The position numbers and the translations under genes are program-made. The notes under the pieces are model-generated. The model did not search any database. It was not told the DNA's origin and saw only the letters and a list, made by a program, of their open reading frames with translations. DNA of 22,539 nucleotides from an uncultured Gemmatimonadota bacterium (GTDB lineage Bacteria; SM23-81): the NCBI GenBank assembly GCA_964584035.1, contig CAZOYL010000017.1, positions 8,861-31,399 on the forward strand. The letters are read 5' to 3'. This document shows positions 7,788 through 15,287 of the stretch, in pieces. Positions within the stretch are counted from its first letter, which is position 1. Each line of letters starts with the position of its first letter.

Positions 7788-10700
7788 CTAGTTGACGCTT
7801 TCTCCCGCCTGGCGAAGGTTCACGGAGACGACCTTTGAAATACCCGATTGCTGCATGGTGACGCCGTAAAGAGCGTTGGCGGCCGCCATGGTGTTCTTGT
7901 TGTGGGTGATGATGATGAACTGAGAATTCTCGCTGAGGGTTTGCAGCATGGATACGAAACGGCCGATGTTGGCATCATCCAGGGGAGCATCGACCTCATC
8001 CAATACGCAGAAAGGGCTGGGTTTGACCTGATAGAGGGCAAACAGCAGGGAAATGGCTGTCAGGGCTTTCTCACCTCCCGATAGCTGTGCGATGTGGCGC
8101 AGTTTCTTGCCCCCGGGACAGGCGAAGATTTGAATGTCGGATTCCAGAGGATCTCTTTTCCCATTGAGGATCAGATTGGCCTCGCCGCCGTTGAACATCT
8201 GTTTGAAGACTATCTTGAAATTGTCGCTGACCTGCTTGAACGTTCCGGAGAAGAGAGTTCTGGCTCGACGATTGAGATCGGCGATGACATCATTGAGATG
8301 CTTTTCCGCCTCGAGAAGATCCTCCCTCTCGGTGGTCAGAAAATCGAAACGCTTTTTCTGCGTCTGGTACTCCTCCAGGGCGGCCATATTGACAGGGCCC
8401 ATCGTGTCAAGCCGATTGCGCAGGAAGTGAATACGTTCCTCTCTCTGTGACGGGTCCATGGCTGCCGCTTCGTCCTCATCGGGCGATGCGAAGGTTTTCA
8501 GATCCACTTCGTATTCCGACTCGATCCGTTCCAGCAACGATTGCTCCTTAATCTGAAATTCGGCCAGCTGAAGCTCCAATTGATGGATCTCGCTCTGGGC
8601 TTGTTCACGCTTCTGCTGGTCGATCTTCCTGTTCGCTTCAAGTCCTTGCAGCTCATCGCGCAGCTTCGTGGTTTTGGCATCAAGAGCCTGCTGCTTTGTT
8701 TGAAGCTCCTGCCTCTGGGTCTCCAGTTCGTGATGCTCTCTCTTATGATGCTCGATCTGTTGATCCAGCTGTTTCACTCGAGCGCTGATCTGCTCGATTT
8801 CTTTCCTGTGGTTTGCCAGTGTGGACTGCAGCTCCGTTCCGATCTGTTGCCAGCGGCTCTCTTCCGCTTGAATCTGAGCCTGGCGCCCTTCAAGGGATAC
8901 CAGCTCTATACGTGCCTCACCGGCCGTTTTCATGGCGGCCCGGGAAGACTGCTCCAGGGCACGAGCCTCTTCCTCTAATTCGTGAAGGTGAGTTTTTTGC
9001 TCTTCCAGTTGGGCATCGACTTGAGATAACTGCTGCGTCATCTGTTCCGCTGCGCCCTCGGGAGCATCGGATTGCCGGGAGAGTTCCTTTTGCTCAGCCT
9101 CCAGAGTGGCTCGCCGCTCCAAATGCATCTTGGATTGGAGGCGTTCTTCCTGAAGTCCTTTTTCCATGGGTGTCGTTTCCGCCCGATGAGATTGGAGAAT
9201 TTCCTCCAATTGGGCGGTGCGCTCAGCCTGCTTCTCTGCCCGGGTTTTCGCCTGTGAATATTCCTTCTCCAGCAGTTCGGCCTGACGGGATAATTCATCT
9301 ACAGCCGACTCTTCCTCCCGGAGCCGTTTCTGGCGGTCCAGGAGTCCGGCGTTTTCCGGGATGTGTCCGCCCTGGAGAAATGCCGGAGGTTTGTGGACAT
9401 CGCCTTCGAGAGAGACCAGGGTGGGCATGGGAAGGCCGTCCTCGGCCGGCTCGAACAGATGCGGTTTCAGCTGATCCACGATGAGGACCTGGCCCAGCAG
9501 GAATTCCACCGCCGGACGATGCTGCGGAATGCAGCTGATCACATCCGGTGCCCAGGAAAGAGCTCCCTCACGTGAGAGCATCTCGGCAGATCTCGCGGCC
9601 GCTGCCAGGCGTTTCGATTCCTCCAGAATCAGGAAGCTGGCCCGTCCGGCCTTGCGGCTGCGCAGATGTTCGATGGCCTTCAGGGCGGTTTGCCGTTGCT
9701 GAACGACGATGTACTGCGCGGCTTGTCCGAGAACTGCCTCGATGGCTGGAATATAACGTCCCTCTGTTTCCAGAATATCCGCCACCGTTCCGATGATGCC
9801 CGTCAGATGAGACAGATCGGTAAGCACCGATTTCACGCCCAGCTGATAGCCTTCATAGGTTTCCATGACGCCGCGGAGAGCCTCCAATCGGCTGCGGTGC
9901 AGCTCAAGCTGGCCGCGATGCTTTTGAAGACCGGCGGTTCTTTCCTCCAGCTCCGCCGCTATTTTGGTTCCCTTCTCACGGGCTTGGCGAAGTTGTTCTT
10001 CGAGCTTGGCGGCCTCCTGTTCCCTTTCCTGCAGCTGTTTCTCGAGACTCCCGGCAGAGACCGTTATCTCTTCCAGCCGATGGTCGATGCGCTGGAGTTC
10101 ACGGGCGATGTCCAGCGCTCTCTGCTGCGATGTTTCCCGGCCGCCGCCCAGGGAGATAAGCTGCTGGCGAAGATCGCTCTTGCGTTCTATTAGACGGGCC
10201 ACATGATCGCGAAGGCGCTCCAGGTCGTTCCGTCTCTCTATCAGCCGGCCATCCAGATCTGAGAGTTCTCCCTCTCGTTCTTCCAGCATCTTGCGGGCGG
10301 CTGAGATGTGCTTTGACAGTTGATCCTTTTTGGCGGTTCGTTCTTCTCCTTCACGACCGAGAGCAAGGTGTCTCTCCTCCAGACGTTCCACCTCCGATAG
10401 TAAACGAGTCCGTTGCGTCACGCGCCCCTCTCGCCGTTCTCCATTGACCAGCATCTGCTCGTTGAGCTGGTGGATAGCCTGGTCCTGTTGCGACAACTGA
10501 AGGCCAAGGGATGCTGACTGTTTCTCGTGACCGGACAACTCCTTGCGGAGCTGATTCTCACGTTCCTCCTGGATTTTCAGATGCTCCTGAGTGCCGCCGG
10601 CTCTGGCTCTGGCCTGGTTCAATTCGGCGGCCAGCCGTTTTTGCGCATCCATCTGGTGATGATAGCGAACAGAGGCCTGAATCAATTCATGCTGCTGGAG

Positions 10701-11363
10701 CTCCTGGGTATATCGTTGGTAACGTTCAGCTGCAGCCGCCTGCCGGTTGAGCGATCGAACGCCCTTTTCCACCTCGTCGATGATGTCTCCCAACCGCAGG
10801 AGGTTATCCTTTGTCCTGGCCAGTTTTCTGAGGGCTTCACGGCGGCGGGCCTTATACTTGGCGATTCCGGATGCCTCTTCGAATAAAACTCGAAGAGAAT
10901 CGGCCTGTCCTCCCAGGATCGATTCTACCATGGGCAGCTCGATGACCGAATAGGCGTGCGGAGCCATGCCCGTATCCAGAAAAAGATCGACGATATCCTT
11001 GCGGCGGCAGACGGTTTTATTCAGGAGATATTCGCTTTCTCCGGAACGGAACAGACGCCGGGTGATCATCACTTCCGAATATTCATTGGGCAGAACGCCG
11101 CGCGTATTGTTGATGGTGAGAGAAACCTCGGCCATATTGAGGGGTTTCCGTTGCGCTGTCCCGTTGAAGATGACGTCTTCCATCTGTTCGCTGCGCAGCA
11201 GGGTGGGTTTCTGCTCTCCCAGAACCCACCGAATAGCGTCCACAATATTGGTTTTCCCACATCCGTTGGGGCCCACGATTGCAGTGATTCCCTCGCCGAA
11301 CTTCAGGTTCAGCTTCGCTGGAAAGGATTTGAATCCGTACATTTCCAGGTGATTGAGAAACAT
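7788..11363 (-). CDS. smc: Chromosome segregation protein SMC
   Basis: GFKSF, Walker A GPNGCGKTN, long coiled coils, central hinge, PVNMAALEEY, signature LSGGEK, Walker B VLDEVDAPLD, IITH. Start at ATG 11363 (MFLNHLEMYG). Confidence 0.97.
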   Translation of the reverse strand: MFLNHLEMYGFKSFPAKLNLKFGEGITAIVGPNGCGKTNIVDAIRWVLGEQKPTLLRSEQMEDVIFNGTAQRKPLNMAEVSLTINNTRGVLPNEYSEVMITRRLFRSGESEYLLNKTVCRRKDIVDLFLDTGMAPHAYSVIELPMVESILGGQADSLRVLFEEASGIAKYKARRREALRKLARTKDNLLRLGDIIDEVEKGVRSLNRQAAAAERYQRYTQELQQHELIQASVRYHHQMDAQKRLAAELNQARARAGGTQEHLKIQEERENQLRKELSGHEKQSASLGLQLSQQDQAIHQLNEQMLVNGERREGRVTQRTRLLSEVERLEERHLALGREGEERTAKKDQLSKHISAARKMLEEREGELSDLDGRLIERRNDLERLRDHVARLIERKSDLRQQLISLGGGRETSQQRALDIARELQRIDHRLEEITVSAGSLEKQLQEREQEAAKLEEQLRQAREKGTKIAAELEERTAGLQKHRGQLELHRSRLEALRGVMETYEGYQLGVKSVLTDLSHLTGIIGTVADILETEGRYIPAIEAVLGQAAQYIVVQQRQTALKAIEHLRSRKAGRASFLILEESKRLAAAARSAEMLSREGALSWAPDVISCIPQHRPAVEFLLGQVLIVDQLKPHLFEPAEDGLPMPTLVSLEGDVHKPPAFLQGGHIPENAGLLDRQKRLREEESAVDELSRQAELLEKEYSQAKTRAEKQAERTAQLEEILQSHRAETTPMEKGLQEERLQSKMHLERRATLEAEQKELSRQSDAPEGAAEQMTQQLSQVDAQLEEQKTHLHELEEEARALEQSSRAAMKTAGEARIELVSLEGRQAQIQAEESRWQQIGTELQSTLANHRKEIEQISARVKQLDQQIEHHKREHHELETQRQELQTKQQALDAKTTKLRDELQGLEANRKIDQQKREQAQSEIHQLELQLAEFQIKEQSLLERIESEYEVDLKTFASPDEDEAAAMDPSQREERIHFLRNRLDTMGPVNMAALEEYQTQKKRFDFLTTEREDLLEAEKHLNDVIADLNRRARTLFSGTFKQVSDNFKIVFKQMFNGGEANLILNGKRDPLESDIQIFACPGGKKLRHIAQLSGGEKALTAISLLFALYQVKPSPFCVLDEVDAPLDDANIGRFVSMLQTLSENSQFIIITHNKNTMAAANALYGVTMQQSGISKVVSVNLRQAGESVN

Positions 11364-11431
11364 CCTCTGTTTCTCCTCAACAAAATCATGGGGGTTGCTA
11401 CCGGTCGGGTCCAATCTGTAGTGTTGGATCT

Positions 11432-11460
11432 AAAATATATGATCCGGTGGCTCAGGTCAA
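11432..11460 (-). promoter_or_regulatory. Putative smc-ftsY promoter
   Basis: Minus strand TTGACC (11460-11455)-N17-TATTTT (11437-11432), in an AT-rich patch. Confidence 0.5.
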
Positions 11461-11534
11461 GACATTTCAATTTCCTCGGACAGCGCCCGGCCGACGCTGT
11501 CTGCGGCCCATGAGCCATTGAACAGCCTGGAGAT

Positions 11535-11572
11535 GAAACACAAGGCCAGCCGGCATCACAGCCGGCTGGCCT
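11535..11572 (-). terminator. Hairpin / probable terminator closing the two-gene orphan operon
   Basis: Perfect 12-bp stem AGGCCAGCCGGC (11543-11554) / GCCGGCTGGCCT (11561-11572), 6-nt loop, followed on the minus strand by TGTGTTTC (imperfect U tract). Confidence 0.7.
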
Positions 11573-11641
11573 GCCAATCCGGTGGGGAGAGGGACGGAGA
11601 AAAATGATGGCCGCTGCTGGAAAGGACCATGCGAAAAAGGA

Positions 11642-11911
11642 TCATGATGTGAAGATACCGATATCCCAGGCCATTTTAAAGTTGCACCGATCGCATTCCT
11701 CTCGGCCGCAGAACTCCTCATGTTTGCATAGAAGCCAGCATTTCTGAGCCAGACTGCGCCGGACAATACAGTCGTGCTGTTGACAACTGTGGTATTCCCA
11801 GCAATGCAGTCCGCGAATGCGATCGGCCGCTCTCCGCGGCTCATGACGGCGATCGTGTCTCCGCCGTTCCTTTCCCGGCCAGGGTTTGATGTTCGGTTTT
11901 TTTTCGGCCAT
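11642..11911 (-). CDS. Small Cys-rich protein, two-CW-domain-like, with N-terminal Arg-rich (GxERR..DRR) segment
   Basis: CWEYHSC..C..CW..C..C..CDRC (8 Cys, two CW); WPGKERRRHDRRHEPRRAADR; RBS AAAGGTGA upstream. Confidence 0.75.
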   Translation of the reverse strand: MAEKKPNIKPWPGKERRRHDRRHEPRRAADRIRGLHCWEYHSCQQHDCIVRRSLAQKCWLLCKHEEFCGREECDRCNFKMAWDIGIFTS

Positions 11912-11954
11912 GGCCGATACTCACCTTTGTGATGGTGTCAGGGGCGAAGCCTTC

Positions 11955-12722
11955 TCATAACTGAATTTCGCCATTCAGATCTGTGAGACGGTTGACTTCC
12001 TGAGGTGTCAGGGTCATAACGTAACCGTACCAGTTGTCCACGACAGTTGTGCATAGCCGTTCCCATTCTTTGGCCGGCAACAGCTGAGCTTTGAGAGCCA
12101 GACGCAGCCGGGTTTGCAGGGCCAGCTGCCCGGAAGAATCCGGAGGTTCTGCCTCGCAGAGCATCAGGTTGCGCAAGACGGTGAAGAGTTCCTGCTCCTG
12201 TTCCTCTGAGCATCCTCTGACGGCGGCGATTTCCAGAATGCCTTCCAGATATGTTCGGCGATGCCGCCAGTTCTCCACAGTCGCCAGGGAGGCAGTGAGC
12301 AGCGGATTCGTCTCCGCAATGACGGCCTTTATACCGTTCCATTGAGAGGCTTCCAGCGGCTGGAGCGCTCCGCAGCTGGTTAGCTTTTTCTCGATCCCGG
12401 TGGGGATGGTATTGGTGGCCACCAGGTGTGAGAGCGGTACCGGATTGGGAATAGCCTCGAGCAGCTGCAGTTCCACGGCCAAGCCCTGGTCGGTGAGATA
12501 GCCCTGGGTATTAAGGACTCCCAGACAGGTAGCTACCTTCTGGGGGAGGGTGAATCCGACGAAGGGATCATAGATGTGTGCCTCTTCCCGAAGGATCTTT
12601 TCCTGTGACGGAGCCTTCCGACAGATCCACAGCAGAGGCTTTCTCTTCTCACCGGCCGCAGAGGTAGTGAAGAAGGATGACCAGTATGTTCGGCTCTCGG
12701 CCAGGCCCCAGACTTTTATCAT
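11955..12722 (-). CDS. Hypothetical protein, 255 aa (possible EVE/PUA-like N-terminal domain, helical C-terminus)
   Basis: Fills the intergenic space and has its own strong promoter. PNPVPLSHL...LQPLEASQWNGI recalls EVE-domain C-termini, but this domain call is weak. Confidence 0.75.
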   Translation of the reverse strand: MIKVWGLAESRTYWSSFFTTSAAGEKRKPLLWICRKAPSQEKILREEAHIYDPFVGFTLPQKVATCLGVLNTQGYLTDQGLAVELQLLEAIPNPVPLSHLVATNTIPTGIEKKLTSCGALQPLEASQWNGIKAVIAETNPLLTASLATVENWRHRRTYLEGILEIAAVRGCSEEQEQELFTVLRNLMLCEAEPPDSSGQLALQTRLRLALKAQLLPAKEWERLCTTVVDNWYGYVMTLTPQEVNRLTDLNGEIQL

Positions 12723-12806
12723 TTTGATCCCAATCTTCTAAAAGAAGCGTCGATTCAAAGGGATTCCGGCGGCTCTTATTCAGAGGTTCCGAATCCTCAC
12801 ATGGAC

Positions 12807-12835
12807 ACTATATCACAACTCTGAATTTTTGTCAA
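12807..12835 (-). promoter_or_regulatory. Strong sigma70 promoter with extended -10 and AT-rich upstream region
   Basis: TTGACA (12835-12830)-N17-TATAGT (12812-12807) preceded by TGa; A/T tracts at 12836-12870. Confidence 0.85.
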
Positions 12836-12902
12836 GAAAAAAATATTTTATGAAAAAGTCAAGTAAAAAACACAGGGAAGAATGTTGCACACAAGCCGGT
12901 TT

Positions 12903-13760
12903 TTACGTTCCTGGAGGTGGGAGGGGATAACGATTCGGTCTTCCTCTAGGTAAACGTGGATAGAGCCTGGTCAGGGCGTGGAAGCGGCTCAGAAAGACGA
13001 CCAGGGCGACGGCGCCGAAGACCGCGATGAGGAGAGGAATAGTTCGGTAAGCCGAATGCCGGGCGTAGAACTGGCTCAAACAGAGGATGGCGAGATTATG
13101 AACGCTATGGGCCGCCATGCCGACCGGCAGAGAGTTGGTTCGCATGACCACATATCCCATGAGCAAACCCAGAAGACTGACCGGGATAAAACGAATCCGA
13201 CCGTGTAGCAGGCCGAAGGTCACGGCCGCGATAAGAATGCCGGGCCAGTGGCCGACGGTTCTCTCCAGGCTTCCCTGGAAAATCCCCCTGAAAAGCAATT
13301 CCTCTGCCAGGGGAGCGATGAAGACCAGTACCAGACCAACGATGGCGATGTCCGGAGCGCTTTGCAGGCGAAAGATGTCCCGAAAAAACATCTCCTCCTG
13401 TTCCAGCAATTCAAGCAGGTGCTCCGGTATGAGGCCGGATCGCAGCAGCCACTCGAAAGCGCCGCTGGCCAGGAGAGTAAATGATAGAGCGGCGCCGGTT
13501 GCCGAGATCATGCCGGTCAGGGGGATGGCTCGGAGACGAAGAGTATCTCCGGGGCGGGGACTGATCCACAGGACGGTCACCACCGCGGGTAGGAACATGC
13601 CCAACAGGATGGACGTGGCCACGGCCAGGTTCTTTCCCATGATGATTCGTGCGGCCTGGTGAATGGGAACCTGCAGGAGTATGCAGCCAACCAGGAGGCA
13701 GATGGCCGTCGGCAGTTGAAGGGTGATTCCGGGCTCGCCGTCAAACCGGAATGCGGACAA
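12903..13760 (-). CDS. CPBP (Abi/CAAX) family intramembrane glutamic endopeptidase
   Basis: APLAEELLFRG, FGLLH, HSVHN motifs; multiple TM helices; TTG start with GGAGG RBS. Confidence 0.92.
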   Translation of the reverse strand: MSAFRFDGEPGITLQLPTAICLLVGCILLQVPIHQAARIIMGKNLAVATSILLGMFLPAVVTVLWISPRPGDTLRLRAIPLTGMISATGAALSFTLLASGAFEWLLRSGLIPEHLLELLEQEEMFFRDIFRLQSAPDIAIVGLVLVFIAPLAEELLFRGIFQGSLERTVGHWPGILIAAVTFGLLHGRIRFIPVSLLGLLMGYVVMRTNSLPVGMAAHSVHNLAILCLSQFYARHSAYRTIPLLIAVFGAVALVVFLSRFHALTRLYPRLPRGRPNRYPLPPPGT

Positions 13761-13937
13761 GGATCCTCCGTCCGGAAGAATAACTGGGGAGGAAAAAGAG
13801 GGAAGAGGTTCGGCGATCGAGAGGGTGATCGAAAGACTTGAACCGATACCCGATCGAATCCGCCGTTTTTCCGATAACGGCGGGGATCAAGATTGCCCTG
13901 CCGGGGAGGCTGGTGGTGAGGGCTGAAGCGATGCGGA

Positions 13938-14864
13938 CTAGGAGTTCTGAAGAAACTCCATGTAGAAGTCTTCGTGGTGCGGATCAAGCTCTAGGAGCAA
14001 ATCTAAAACTTCCTCGCGCCGGGGGGCGTCGGCGAAGAGTTCGCCGATCTCTCGATAGTGATGGGTAAAAAATCTGGCTGTCTCTTCCTGCAGGTGGCGG
14101 GCCCATTCCTCTTCCACTTCATCCCGGAGAATCTCCTCGATCATGATCAGCGCCGATCGACAGTATTCACGAGCCTCCTCCTGTCGTTCATTCTCCCAGA
14201 GTTGGAGAGCGCGAAAATAGACGGCCAGCATTTTCCGGTAAGGCAGGTTTTCCTCAGCCATGATCCTTTCCAACTCATCGAAACGGCGGTTCCATCCCCG
14301 GTAGAATTCGCTGAACAGACCTTCCTGAGCGACTTCCTGAGCTCGCTTAAAATGGGGATCGCCCCCCAGGGTGGATCGTTTGTCCATCTCCCCGCCGACA
14401 ATGAGAAAGGCATAGTAATCCAGGAGTCCGGTCAGGGAATGATAGATCACGGCATCGTGCTCCAGACGTTCATCCGGCTGGTAGGCAAAATGGCAGTCCT
14501 TGTCGAGATACTGAAGATCGTAATCATTAGAGGCATGGATGCGGGCGCCGTAGCGATCCTCGAAACCGACGCTCTCATCCACCAGATACATGCGAAAAGT
14601 GAAGGGGATGGGGGGTCCCTCGTATTCCTCGAGCCATTCTCCGTCACGGAAATAATCTTCCAGATCCATCTGGAGATTTTCCAGTCTCTCCCGCTTCTCG
14701 AAGGGCAGCAGCTCGGTATACAGTTCCACGGTGGCATCCAGCTGCTCAGCCTGGGCCGCAATGATCGAGCTGATCACCATCGAGACACACAGGATTATTA
14801 AGCTGAGCCGCCCGAATCGGCGGTGGGTCTCAAGATCGATATGTCCAGTGTTTGGAGAACCCAT
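13938..14864 (-). CDS. DUF4835 family exported protein
   Basis: Signal peptide; DKDCHFAY, SLTGLLDYYAFLIVGGEMD..LGGDPHFKRAQ, GWNRR; RBS AGGAGGA. Confidence 0.75.
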   Translation of the reverse strand: MGSPNTGHIDLETHRRFGRLSLIILCVSMVISSIIAAQAEQLDATVELYTELLPFEKRERLENLQMDLEDYFRDGEWLEEYEGPPIPFTFRMYLVDESVGFEDRYGARIHASNDYDLQYLDKDCHFAYQPDERLEHDAVIYHSLTGLLDYYAFLIVGGEMDKRSTLGGDPHFKRAQEVAQEGLFSEFYRGWNRRFDELERIMAEENLPYRKMLAVYFRALQLWENERQEEAREYCRSALIMIEEILRDEVEEEWARHLQEETARFFTHHYREIGELFADAPRREEVLDLLLELDPHHEDFYMEFLQNS

Positions 14865-15055
14865 AATTATCCTCCTGAACCATTTGGCATGCTGTCATCT
14901 GATCCGGTCCGGTCGGGGGGCAACATCTTTCCGTCTAATGAATAATGGATTCCAGCCCCCTTGTCAAGAGAGATTTTTCCCTCAGATAGACGGGGCACGA
15001 ACAGGAGTCCGGGGAGGTTCGCTGACGACGGCCTTCCCGGCACCCGAGGTTTTCC

Positions 15056-15084
15056 TTGACAATCCGGCAGTGTCATCGTACATT
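15056..15084 (+). promoter_or_regulatory. Sigma70 promoter of the ferredoxin-GGR operon
   Basis: TTGACA (15056-15061)-N17-TACATT (15079-15084), 29 nt before ATG 15114. Confidence 0.75.
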
Positions 15085-15113
15085 TTTTGATTCCTTCTAT
15101 CAGGGACGGTGCC

Positions 15114-15287
15114 ATGATCGTTATCCGGGATGATATCTGCGACCATTGCGGCACCTGCGCGAGCGTTTGTCCCCGGGATGCCATCATTCTCGGCTGCGAG
15201 GATATCCGCGTTCTGGAGGACCGTTGCGATCGCTGCCGGCGGTGCCTGATCGTCTGTCCCGTCCGGGCCGTGGAGGATGTCTCTTGA
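15114..15287 (+). CDS. 2x[4Fe-4S] ferredoxin
   Basis: CDHCGTCASVCP and CDRCRRCLIVCP; 57 aa from ATG 15114. Confidence 0.93.
   Translation: MIVIRDDICDHCGTCASVCPRDAIILGCEDIRVLEDRCDRCRRCLIVCPVRAVEDVS

Noticed and set aside
12903..13760. CPBP/Abi protein as a phage-defence gene
   Set aside because: The Abi label of this family is historical; motifs indicate an ordinary intramembrane protease and there is no defence-island context.
14939..14967. Minus-strand TTGACA upstream of DUF4835
   Set aside because: The -10 at 17-nt spacing (TATTCA) lacks the conserved final T; plausible but too weak to call.
15146..15283. N-terminal extension of GGR in the ORF track
   Set aside because: Overlaps the ferredoxin in another frame; RBS and the FAD-binding motif support TTG 15284.
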